From: Calditrichales bacterium | GTDB taxonomy: Bacteria; Calditrichota; Calditrichia; Calditrichales; J004 | DNA length: 64,000 nucleotides | NCBI GenBank assembly: GCA_965267575.1 | Contig: OZ254086.1 | Coordinates: forward strand, 96,001-160,000 | Direction: 5' to 3' | Shown: positions 1 to 9,340 of the stretch, in pieces | How positions within the stretch are numbered: position 1 is the stretch's first letter | Layout: every line of letters starts with the position of its first letter | Translations under genes and position numbers: made by a program | Notes under the pieces: generated by a model | Told to the model about the DNA's origin: nothing | Database searches by the model: none | What the model saw: only the letters and a program-made list of their open reading frames with translations

Positions 1-3000
1 GTCTTTAAAAAATATTGGATTACTTTTTCCATACTCAAATAAATTTATACCACCATTAATATATATTGGATCTGAACTACACCACCGTGCTAGCCAAGGC
101 AAATAATATCTAGCGGAACTATAATAGAATCCACTTTCCTTATCCCGTTCATTACCTGTAAATCTATATCGCTTTAAGCTTACTTCTGCAACAGACGTAC
201 CTGCCAAGTAGGCAGTGGTGCCGTAGGGGTGATATTCTTCGTAAGAAATAATTGCAGCGGATTCATTCAATTCCAGACAAGCAGAGCCTAAATGATTGGC
301 AAGATGGTAACGGATTATCGGCACATCAATTCCGGTGTTGTCATTAATATCAACGGTTTTGGTTTCCACCAGGGCAATTCGCTGCTCATCATCCATAGCA
401 TGCAGGGTTTCACGCTGTAATTGCACGGTATCGCCGTCCACACTGTATTCGCGGTAAACTTCAAAGCCGCCCAGGTAAAGGCGTTCCTTCATGCAGCTTG
501 GTTCCTCCCCAGCTGCTGCCTGGCGTTCGGTTACCTTGCGGCTGCGCTGCCCCTTGGCATCGTACACATAGTAAGTTATCTCCGGTGTGCCGCCGTTGTT
601 TACCACCTGCCTTGAACTGGCCTGCAACTGGTCCTGCCAATCCCACTGCATCAGGGGCAGATGCGGCATAGAAGTCATGTTGCCGTGTTCGTCGTAGTCA
701 TATTTCGCTGAATATTCCTGCTCGTCAGAGTATTCATCTGCATCACTATCACCCGGCAAACTGGTACTCAGCAATCGATTACTAGCCAAAGCATACTGAT
801 AGCGGCGGTTCCAGATGGTCTGGCCCGGATTGGGCAGATTGCCCATTCTGTGAACCATACTGAGAATATTTCCCACTTCATCGTAATCGTATTGTTCGGT
901 ATAATTGCGCATCGCCTGTGGATCATTGGGATGTGGGCTTATCACCGGCATGAAATCCGTATGATCAACTTGTGTATTCTGCCCCGGGTGTTCCCTTCCG
1001 CTGGCCTGAATGAGCCTGTAGAGGGGGTCATACTCATAAAGCGCCTTTGGTAGCACCTGTTGTCCATCATGTACGATTTCCTGTTGAGCATGATCATAAA
1101 TCTCAGTGATGTTGCCCACCGGGTCATAAGTGTAGCGTAAGTCCTGCAGTACTTTGTTATCATTGTTCCGTACCGTTTTCAGCTTTATCAAGCGGAAGGT
1201 CTGTGGATTGTAGGTATATGCCGTCTCTGAACCATTTGCATACTGAATCAGGGTGCGCTGGCCTTTTTCATTGTAATCGATATTGGTGACAAACGCGGTT
1301 TTGCTCCCTCCGCTCCGTAGCTCCACGTTCATTTCTTCCAAAAGATTGGCTTCGTTGTATTCAGGAAGTACTATGCTTGCCGGAATAGTATCCGTATGAG
1401 GTGTCCTTAATAGTGTGGGTCGGTTGAGGGCATTGAACTCGGTCTCAGAGCGGAAGATTTCACTTTCAAACAGGTCCGTGCCTGGATTTTCCGGCCAATT
1501 GAGCGTGCCTTTATACTGCATTGCCAGTTGCCGGGTGCTTTTCAGGACATTGCCCTTAAAATCGATCTCCACTGTTGTCACCAACCCGGCCTGATCGTAA
1601 AGTTTCACTACTGTGCCAATAAGGTTTTGTGCCTGGCTGCTTTGCCGCTCGGCAGACGTCATGTCTTTCCAATCGCCATAGACCATGCGCTGCACCACAT
1701 GGTCTAACTGCTCTTCACCGTCCCCGCCTTCAACGTACATTCGGGTCGGTCGCTGTAAATCATCATAAAACATGCTTGTATGGTGGTCACGGCTGTCGTA
1801 GCCGTGTATCAGGCTTCCGGCCACATTGGTCAGCATCCAGCGCTCGCCGGCGTCCATGCTGTTCTGGTAAAGCAGCCTCCCGGCAATATCATAAGCTGAA
1901 ATAAAATAGCTATTATCATCAAACTTACCGTACGTCATAACATCATTTTCGCGGGCGTCAATAATCCTTAGTGGATTACCTTCAATGTCCTGTACGGTTC
2001 GGGTCTTTATAAATTCGTCTGTACCGCCCTTCTTATTATGGGCGATGCTAAGAAAGGGGCGACCCAGGGAGTCCAGGTGAACGAGGGCAGGTGTATCGGC
2101 ATGAGTGGCGGTGAGTTGGGCCGCACGCTGTTCTTCTGCTCCCATACCACCGTCAATCCGTTTCGCATACCACTCACTTTCAAGCACCGTATCGTTCGGA
2201 TCGAATGTGGTTTGCTGCCAGGGATCGAATTCCACTTCCGAAAAAGTGCCATCCGGCATTTCAGTGCGAATCAGGCGACCTAGGGGATCATAGCGAAGAA
2301 TGGGTGTAACGCCCCATTCCACGAATTCCTTTTCATCTTCGTAATCCGGTGTTACGCTGAAAAAAGGTTCATACTGTTTAACCGGATTGCCTTTATTATT
2401 AAAAACGGTTCGGCCATTACCTACCCAACGCACTTCCGGTGAAGTATTCCGGTAGGCAAGATCGCCATTAGCATCGATATAAGGCGCTTGCCCTGGCTCA
2501 GCCTGAACTTTGGCCATCACTTCCCGCCCCATGCCGTCAGAATAGACATAACTTTCCTGCCAGCGGGGATTAGCTGCGCCGTGTTTTTCGCGGGCAAAGG
2601 TATGCACAAAATTAGGCTTGTCGTTGATCATCCAATTAAACAGGTTATATTCCATGCGGGTGGTGGGATCATCCAGGTTGTCACCGAGATTTTCACCCTC
2701 TTTGCCCATCACCACGCTCTTAATCACCATGCCCAATTCATCAAACACTACGGCGGCACGGTTTAAATTGGGATCGGTCACAAGGTCGGGCTGTAGCAGC
2801 CGGTAATCGTTACGGGCGGCGATAATGTTGTCATTCGAATCGCGGGCTTCGGTGACCAGCAGATCGTAGTCATCATAGGTGATATGTGAGTCATTGCCAA
2901 AGGGATCGCGAGCGGCCTGCGGCAGATAGAAATGGTCACCTGCAAAATTCTCATCGGGATTGTCGGGATCTGGAGACAAGAAGACCCTGCCGGAAGGAAT

Positions 3001-6000
3001 CCACCAAAGGTCTGCTTCCTCTTCTTCATCTACAAATTGAAAATACTTGCCATCATCTCTGAGCATGTCCTCGGTTACGTTGGCGCGATCCGCAAATATC
3101 TTATCCAAATGGCCTTTACTGAATGCCAATTGATAAGATTCATAAGGCAGAGCCAGTGATTCGACTTCGCCTTTCGGAAGTTCACCGGAAAGATCATTTT
3201 TCAGATACAATGTACAGGCACGCTCAATGAGCCGTTTCGTCACTTCATCGCCGGGTGCCGTCTCTTCATAATCGATCTCGTTAATGTCATCCGCATCAAT
3301 TGCCTCCTTTAACTCCTGCTTGCTAAAGATGAGGCCGCCGGGCTTCAACCCGGTGATTTCATAGGTTCGGCTTTCGATAGGAAGACCGATACGGTAAAAC
3401 TCATTGCTCTCATCAAGATGGCTGACGTCCGTTTCCGAATAAACAATGTACAACGCCTTCTGTTCTTCCGGGTGGCCTGTGCCACGACGCGGGTAAGCAA
3501 TGGCCGCCGTCTTCAGCGGCATGCCGTATTTCTCGTCGATTTCCAGGGTATGATTGTGGGCAACGCGCGGATCATCTGGATTGCGTTCGTAGTGATAGCT
3601 CAGCGATTCACAATTGCAGACATAAAAGGAAGCGTGCTTGTTATGCTGCTGTGGTTGAATCAGTTTGATATGGGATTTGCTCTCCACCACGGTGTAAGGA
3701 TGTGCGCTTTCCGGAGAATCGTCCAGGGCATAAACCTCTTGACGCAGCATTGTGCCACGCAACGCCCGGCAGGCTTCGCGTTCTTCCTGCGCCGTCAATC
3801 CCTGGGGTATTTCAGTGTCGGCCAACAGCACCGCTTGCGCGTCCCCGTCGTAATATTCATCAAGATAATGCTGCGAGATTTTCTCATGCAACCGGTAAGC
3901 TCCGGTGTGAAACCAGGTTTTGGTGAGAACAGGCGGCTGGTGGAATTCTGTATCAACAGGCACGGGGGGCTCGCTAAACAAACCGGCGCCATTGTAGGCG
4001 GAAAACGATTCCGTGTCGAGTTGTTCCACAAATCCAAAGCCACGGAACTCCCGCTCAATGCCGTCAAAGTAACCATGATGATATTTGTAGCTTGTAACCA
4101 ACTTGGTGTTGGTGACGCCTTCGCGTACTTCCATACGTTCCACCACATGCACGGGAAAAGGCAGTTTGGTAATCCACGGCTTACCTTCGAGACGGTCTTG
4201 TAAATAGAATTTGGTGGAAGGAGCGTATTGTAAACGGGTTTCAGCGCCCATGTTGTTGGTGGTATAATCCATCAAATGGGGCTTTACGCCTGACATCAGA
4301 TCGATGTAGCGCATCGGCTGATCCGACTCCCCAGGCAAAGACGAAGACCATACCAAGCAGGCTGTGCCATTACCTAAAAGGTCTATCACATTTACACTAG
4401 AAAGGTTATCGACAGGAGGAAAACTTGTCAGTTCCTCCACATCACTCCAACTGTTCCCTGCTTGGTTGTAATAAAGCCTGACCTTATTTTTACCGAGATA
4501 AATAATATCAATCGTACCTGAACCGTCAATGTCAGTCAGGCGGATTCGGCGCGGATCAAATGAACCGGGAAGGTCTAAGTGCGGCGGAGTATCCATAGTA
4601 ATTTTCTCGCCAAATCGTCCATAGCCGAGATTTGGCCAATAACACACATCGGTGTTTTGAATCCGCACAATATCGGTCAGCCCGTCCCCCGACATATCCG
4701 CCAGGAAAACAGTAGCTGTGCCGTCAGCAAACACCAACGCCGGCCCATTATCCTCATCGAGTGCCTTGCGTACATATTCTGCTTCGGCAAATCCCTTTTC
4801 CGCCTCTGAAGGATACCAGACAAATAATTCGTCCTGCGCAATCAATATATCTGCGTGACCGTCACCGTTTAGATCTATAAAGCGCAGGTTAGGATCATTC
4901 CAATTGAGATTGGGTATCGATTCAATGGGGATAAAAGCTTTCCAGTTGTTCTCATCGACGATCAGCTTGTCATCCTTTTCATAAAAACCTGAAACGGGTT
5001 CATCCAGCAGAACTAGTTCTTTTTGGCCGTCGCCATCCAGATCCATAATCTGCGGTTGTCCACTGCGTAGAGATGTCAATGAAGGCGTCAATGGCAGCTT
5101 CTGAGAGGGCGCAAAACGACCATTGCCAAGATTACGTTTGTAATACCAGGCATCTGCCTTTTCGGTGAGCACACCTGAAAGCCCTTCGCCATCCAGATCG
5201 AGCCATTGGTAAAATCCGCCATCCAAACCGCTGGGAAGATTTTCCAGGCTTTCCGGATCCATGTCGTAAATTTGCTCATCAATCTGAGCTTTGGTATAAC
5301 CAAACTCAACGGGCGGTAGCGATTTTCTGGAGTATGTTCCATCGTTATTTCTGATATAACCGCTTTGAATGACAGACATCATCTTCGTTAAATGCGGATG
5401 CTGTTTATAGTGAAATTCGGTAGAAGCGACAAGGCATGGTTCCGGCCCCAACTCTCTAAAGTGATGGAACATTAAAACGCGCTTACAGAGCCGGTAGGTT
5501 CGAATTTCAAATCCGGCGCGATAGCTGGAAAAAGGATCTTGGCGCACCGGCCAGGGTTGACCTTCATCCTTCCTTGCCTGAACAAATCCATTGCCATTAC
5601 CGTCATCACCGGTTAATTCAAAGTGTCTCTCCCCGTAGTCAAACACCGTCTCGAAAAGCCAGTTGTTTCGCTCGCCGGGACTCTGATTGCCATATTTTAT
5701 GCGCTTGATGTAGCGGTTGGAAAAACTTTTGTTCAGTGTGAACCGTTTGCCCTCCTGCGGCAAAGACGCATTTACACTGTCCTTATTTTCCTGTTTATAT
5801 TCGTAAACGACGACATTGCCTTTATCGTCATAAGTTTCTTCCAAGAGCCAACTGAAGATACGGGTAGGATCTTGCGGATCGGCGATACGGGCGGTAGGTT
5901 TTTCCCCGAAAATACTTGTGATATTATCACGTGTTACAGAACGCCAGTGAACATCGCCATTTGACGTATTGGTCCATTTTTCGATTCGGGCAAACAAACC

Positions 6001-6495
6001 TTCGGTCCGCGGACGATAGCGTTGGATATAAAACTCATCTTTATAGTAAGTGTCATTTTCCCATTCGCCAATAACGTTTTTTATTAATGCAGGGACTAAA
6101 TCCTCTGCCCCGGAAAGCAAAAATACATCAGACTCATCAGAATCCTGGTAGCGTGGCAGGCCTTTTGAAGTTTTGCGGGTGATTGTCGGAATCGACAGAT
6201 TCCAGCCTAATCCGAATGGACCGTTACCGGCCCCGGAATCGTAGGATACCGCCAATTCCGGTCCAAAACCGGAGCGTCCGGGAGATGTGGCAATCGGTAT
6301 GCTCATACCACCCGTCCCGGTTACGGGATTCATAGAGAACTTTTCTCCAATTCCCTGAATTGCACCACCACCTTTTGGGATAGATATGGCGGGAAGAGGA
6401 GCTGCTTGGTCTTGTTCTTCCGTGTTCATACTTCGTGGGGTTTGCATGCTTGCATTTGAGCTTAAGCTGTTTTGATTATAATATTTTGCATCCAT
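1..6495 (-). CDS. Fused TcB-TcC toxin-complex protein (SpvB N-terminus, TcdB mid domains, YD/RHS repeats, RHS core); 3'-partial, >2165 aa
   Basis: Hand translation from ATG 6495: MDAKYY...PAISIPKGGGAIQGIGEKFSMNPVTGTGGMSIPIATSPGRSGFGPELAVSYDSGAGNGPFGLGW (SpvB-type). Same frame at 4261-4320 (QPMRYIDLMSGVKPHL) and at 1-300 (NHLGSACLEL...YEEYHPYG...KRYRFTGNERDKESGFYY..ARYYLPWLARWCSSDP...NPIFFKD, RHS core). Absence from the ORF track is consistent with no in-frame stop before the edge. Alternative starts 6447/6429. Confidence 0.93.
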   Translation of the reverse strand, partial: MDAKYYNQNSLSSNASMQTPRSMNTEEQDQAAPLPAISIPKGGGAIQGIGEKFSMNPVTGTGGMSIPIATSPGRSGFGPELAVSYDSGAGNGPFGLGWNLSIPTITRKTSKGLPRYQDSDESDVFLLSGAEDLVPALIKNVIGEWENDTYYKDEFYIQRYRPRTEGLFARIEKWTNTSNGDVHWRSVTRDNITSIFGEKPTARIADPQDPTRIFSWLLEETYDDKGNVVVYEYKQENKDSVNASLPQEGKRFTLNKSFSNRYIKRIKYGNQSPGERNNWLFETVFDYGERHFELTGDDGNGNGFVQARKDEGQPWPVRQDPFSSYRAGFEIRTYRLCKRVLMFHHFRELGPEPCLVASTEFHYKQHPHLTKMMSVIQSGYIRNNDGTYSRKSLPPVEFGYTKAQIDEQIYDMDPESLENLPSGLDGGFYQWLDLDGEGLSGVLTEKADAWYYKRNLGNGRFAPSQKLPLTPSLTSLRSGQPQIMDLDGDGQKELVLLDEPVSGFYEKDDKLIVDENNWKAFIPIESIPNLNWNDPNLRFIDLNGDGHADILIAQDELFVWYPSEAEKGFAEAEYVRKALDEDNGPALVFADGTATVFLADMSGDGLTDIVRIQNTDVCYWPNLGYGRFGEKITMDTPPHLDLPGSFDPRRIRLTDIDGSGTIDIIYLGKNKVRLYYNQAGNSWSDVEELTSFPPVDNLSSVNVIDLLGNGTACLVWSSSLPGESDQPMRYIDLMSGVKPHLMDYTTNNMGAETRLQYAPSTKFYLQDRLEGKPWITKLPFPVHVVERMEVREGVTNTKLVTSYKYHHGYFDGIEREFRGFGFVEQLDTESFSAYNGAGLFSEPPVPVDTEFHQPPVLTKTWFHTGAYRLHEKISQHYLDEYYDGDAQAVLLADTEIPQGLTAQEEREACRALRGTMLRQEVYALDDSPESAHPYTVVESKSHIKLIQPQQHNKHASFYVCNCESLSYHYERNPDDPRVAHNHTLEIDEKYGMPLKTAAIAYPRRGTGHPEEQKALYIVYSETDVSHLDESNEFYRIGLPIESRTYEITGLKPGGLIFSKQELKEAIDADDINEIDYEETAPGDEVTKRLIERACTLYLKNDLSGELPKGEVESLALPYESYQLAFSKGHLDKIFADRANVTEDMLRDDGKYFQFVDEEEEADLWWIPSGRVFLSPDPDNPDENFAGDHFYLPQAARDPFGNDSHITYDDYDLLVTEARDSNDNIIAARNDYRLLQPDLVTDPNLNRAAVVFDELGMVIKSVVMGKEGENLGDNLDDPTTRMEYNLFNWMINDKPNFVHTFAREKHGAANPRWQESYVYSDGMGREVMAKVQAEPGQAPYIDANGDLAYRNTSPEVRWVGNGRTVFNNKGNPVKQYEPFFSVTPDYEDEKEFVEWGVTPILRYDPLGRLIRTEMPDGTFSEVEFDPWQQTTFDPNDTVLESEWYAKRIDGGMGAEEQRAAQLTATHADTPALVHLDSLGRPFLSIAHNKKGGTDEFIKTRTVQDIEGNPLRIIDARENDVMTYGKFDDNSYFISAYDIAGRLLYQNSMDAGERWMLTNVAGSLIHGYDSRDHHTSMFYDDLQRPTRMYVEGGDGEEQLDHVVQRMVYGDWKDMTSAERQSSQAQNLIGTVVKLYDQAGLVTTVEIDFKGNVLKSTRQLAMQYKGTLNWPENPGTDLFESEIFRSETEFNALNRPTLLRTPHTDTIPASIVLPEYNEANLLEEMNVELRSGGSKTAFVTNIDYNEKGQRTLIQYANGSETAYTYNPQTFRLIKLKTVRNNDNKVLQDLRYTYDPVGNITEIYDHAQQEIVHDGQQVLPKALYEYDPLYRLIQASGREHPGQNTQVDHTDFMPVISPHPNDPQAMRNYTEQYDYDEVGNILSMVHRMGNLPNPGQTIWNRRYQYALASNRLLSTSLPGDSDADEYSDEQEYSAKYDYDEHGNMTSMPHLPLMQWDWQDQLQASSRQVVNNGGTPEITYYVYDAKGQRSRKVTERQAAAGEEPSCMKERLYLGGFEVYREYSVDGDTVQLQRETLHAMDDEQRIALVETKTVDINDNTGIDVPIIRYHLANHLGSACLELNESAAIISYEEYHPYGTTAYLAGTSVAEVSLKRYRFTGNERDKESGFYYSSARYYLPWLARWCSSDPIYINGGINLFEYGKSNPIFFKD

Positions 6496-6505
6496 ATATA
6501 TTGGA

Positions 6506-7483
6506 TTATCTAGTGATGGCAACAGTCAAGCCACCAGTCTTTACATTCTTCTTTGGATCAATTAATACCACGTTGAAAATATGAACATCAGTCTTTTTCA
6601 TTTTTATTTTTGGCGGATTTAGATTCATCTGGATAAGCGGCAAATGGGACTCGCCTTGCCAAACATTTATACTTGTTTTTTGAAGGCTCCCTTGTTTTGG
6701 ATTTGTCATTTTAATTTCAAAATCTAATTGATCACTTATTATTATATTGTATTTTCTAAGCCTGTGATGGCATTTAAAGGCGTTTATATTTGCCTCCTCA
6801 ATAGGATGAATTTCGATTCTAAATTCTTGATTTTCATTTTGATCTTTTTCAAAATCCAACTCAAGATCGAATAGCATAGATTCATGTACTCTTACCATCA
6901 TTAAATTTTGTTGACCTATATGTCTATCATTTCGACAATCTAAGAATTCGAAGTCATTTGGAATGTCAATTGATGGTGAAAAAGAATAAACCCTAGCTAG
7001 CAGACAAACATGACCATCACCCATAAATTCTGGCGTCCAATCAATATCTAAAGAAGCTCTTCCATTTGCTGGAACAGGTATAGTGCCGCTACCAAGCAGA
7101 ATAGAACTGCCAACGCTTTTGCCTAAAGTTGCATTGCTAACATAAATCTCAACAACCGCAGAGTGAACCTCCATATCTCCACCATTTGTAACAGTACACC
7201 TTATGACATATGGCCGACCAGCAATTGGGTGTCGAGTTTCTTCCTGTGAATCAATGTTTGCATACACATTGAGATCGGGACTCAGCCAAAAAGGATCATC
7301 TGCAGGCCGAAGTCCAGTATCATCTTCGCGATATTTTATATAGAGAAATGATTCGCCGACAACCTCAGTTGGCTTTTTGCCTTTATCAATATAATCTTTA
7401 TCATCATTTGCATCTTTTTTTTCACTTTCGGCTTTAGCCTTAAAATACCTAATAGCTGATATTTGTTGCTTAAAAGCATTCAT
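6506..7483 (-). CDS. Hypothetical protein with probable Ig/CARDB-like beta domain
   Basis: 325-aa ORF tightly packed in operon; motifs DDTGLRP..FWLSPDLNV, VTNGGD, GHVCLLARV, NDRHIGQQNL resemble Ig-like accessory domains. Confidence 0.6.
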   Translation of the reverse strand: MNAFKQQISAIRYFKAKAESEKKDANDDKDYIDKGKKPTEVVGESFLYIKYREDDTGLRPADDPFWLSPDLNVYANIDSQEETRHPIAGRPYVIRCTVTNGGDMEVHSAVVEIYVSNATLGKSVGSSILLGSGTIPVPANGRASLDIDWTPEFMGDGHVCLLARVYSFSPSIDIPNDFEFLDCRNDRHIGQQNLMMVRVHESMLFDLELDFEKDQNENQEFRIEIHPIEEANINAFKCHHRLRKYNIIISDQLDFEIKMTNPKQGSLQKTSINVWQGESHLPLIQMNLNPPKIKMKKTDVHIFNVVLIDPKKNVKTGGLTVAITR

Positions 7484-7494
7484 TTTATATTTCC

Positions 7495-9279
7495 TTAGAT
7501 AAAGCTGATTGGATCTACTTGAATCCCCAAAGGCGGCCTTGGATCTTCATCGTTACCTTTACCCCAACTTTTATATCCAATTCCCCTATCCCCATCAAGA
7601 TTGAAATCAGGAATAGTTAATTTTTGATCTACAATGATTCGATAAAATTCTGAAGTCAATCTTACTGCGTTACCCAACTGTTCCCTTTCCATCCGATTTG
7701 ATAAGTCATGTAGGTCGGAAGGATTTTCACTCATTTGCTCAATAAACGGTAGCACTTGATCATTAAAACTTAAAGGGCCATCTATAAACAAATTTGGTTG
7801 ATGGTTAAGATATATACGGGGACTTGGAGTAGTTGCATTTCTTTCAACCCTAGTCAAAGGGTAAAGAAGATGTTTTTCTAAATCAGTTGAGTTATCTTTT
7901 GTTCGGGGATAACGATTGAAAATATTGGTTGCTGTAATATTTCTGTTATCAGAATGACGAGGATTATTTAAGTGTATAACGTTTGGAAGATTTAGGTGGC
8001 TCCTAAAAGGAAATGCTAATCCATTTAATGCTACACCCAGTCTATAATTTAAAAACGCTTCATATAAAGCTTCATACATTATTGAAAGAAAGACTCTAAC
8101 TGGTGCCATTGCAATTGTAGTAAGGGTTCCTAAAATAAAATCAATAATTGCTACCGCTAATACAACCGCCGCTAGAATTGCCGCCGCAAGAGCAGCTAAA
8201 AACCCTAAAATACCCCCGCCAGCACTACTAAAGGCATCACCAACCATGTCTATTGCATCGCTGGCATTATTCGAAAAAGTTGCCCACGCCTGCGCGAATT
8301 CTCTATCTAAGCTGTATGGCTGAGGTTTTGGAATTGCTCCGCTTCCGGTACTCTTTGTAAACCACGTATACCATAGTCTGTATGCAGTTTCAATATCATC
8401 CATATCAATTGACCGACCAAAATCGTTACCATAGACTTTAGAAATTGCTGTTTCTAAAAGCTTTTTAATTTTAAGAGGGAGATTGTTATGTGGAAGCCTA
8501 AAGTCAAAGTCATTGTGCAAATTGCTATAAGCAAGCTCTTGCAAAAGATAATGGTTCATTGCCCAAGTATCATTAAAGTTTTCTACAAGTTTATGCCGCT
8601 GAGGGTGAGTTCTGTACGGACCCCCAGTTAATAAATTTACATATGGATGACCAACTAAGTCACCTGCGATATGACTAAGGTATCCAATTGCGTACGAATG
8701 CTCAGATGTTCCTGGTTTTGTTTCATCCAATAAGAATTTTGCAAATTTGCCTGTTCGTCTATAATGTAGCGTATCAAACCACCACCAATCCTTACTAGGT
8801 TGCCCATCTTGTACCGGGTGAGCAATGAGATTAAACACATCAATAGCATCCGTTATATGATTTGTAGTTGCTTCAGTTACCGTAGTCAAAAGCCCGTCTA
8901 AAACTTGCTTCGCATCTAAAAGCCCTTCTCTAAGTTCAGTTAACAAAACGGACCTTTGTGTAACTTGATTCTGAACAGCATCGATAGCTTGTGCTAGCTG
9001 AATCAATTCATCAGGAATAAGTTCAAGTAGTTTTTCTCTGAAGTCTTCAATAAAATCTGCGATATCCAAGTATAGGTTTGCTAAATCAGCTAGTACAGGA
9101 TTTGCATCTTTTAAATGAAAAAATAAAAAATCTGGGCCAACGCTACCAAAGCTTAAATAAGGTTTATCTCTCTTACTTGTTAGCGCGTTCGCAACATTTA
9201 GATACTTTGGTCCTAGCCTCTCAACTAATTCATTAGGTACTTTTTTTGATATAATGTAATGTATACAGGGACCCGGCAT
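7495..9279 (-). CDS. Zinc-dependent phospholipase C / P1 nuclease superfamily protein
   Basis: N-terminal MPGPCIHY, GSVGPDFLFF, LHYRRTG, GYLSHIAGDLVGHPYVN, HKLVE metal-ligand pattern; GGAGG RBS. Confidence 0.75.
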   Translation of the reverse strand: MPGPCIHYIISKKVPNELVERLGPKYLNVANALTSKRDKPYLSFGSVGPDFLFFHLKDANPVLADLANLYLDIADFIEDFREKLLELIPDELIQLAQAIDAVQNQVTQRSVLLTELREGLLDAKQVLDGLLTTVTEATTNHITDAIDVFNLIAHPVQDGQPSKDWWWFDTLHYRRTGKFAKFLLDETKPGTSEHSYAIGYLSHIAGDLVGHPYVNLLTGGPYRTHPQRHKLVENFNDTWAMNHYLLQELAYSNLHNDFDFRLPHNNLPLKIKKLLETAISKVYGNDFGRSIDMDDIETAYRLWYTWFTKSTGSGAIPKPQPYSLDREFAQAWATFSNNASDAIDMVGDAFSSAGGGILGFLAALAAAILAAVVLAVAIIDFILGTLTTIAMAPVRVFLSIMYEALYEAFLNYRLGVALNGLAFPFRSHLNLPNVIHLNNPRHSDNRNITATNIFNRYPRTKDNSTDLEKHLLYPLTRVERNATTPSPRIYLNHQPNLFIDGPLSFNDQVLPFIEQMSENPSDLHDLSNRMEREQLGNAVRLTSEFYRIIVDQKLTIPDFNLDGDRGIGYKSWGKGNDEDPRPPLGIQVDPISFI

Positions 9280-9340
9280 TACACCTCCAAGAATGTTAAA
9301 CTAAAGTATTTTGCCATCCAAAAACTGAAATAGTCGACGT

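Noticed and set aside
421-5964. Short ORFs listed in the ORF track on both strands
   Set aside because: All overlap the continuous TcB-TcC frame; shadow ORFs
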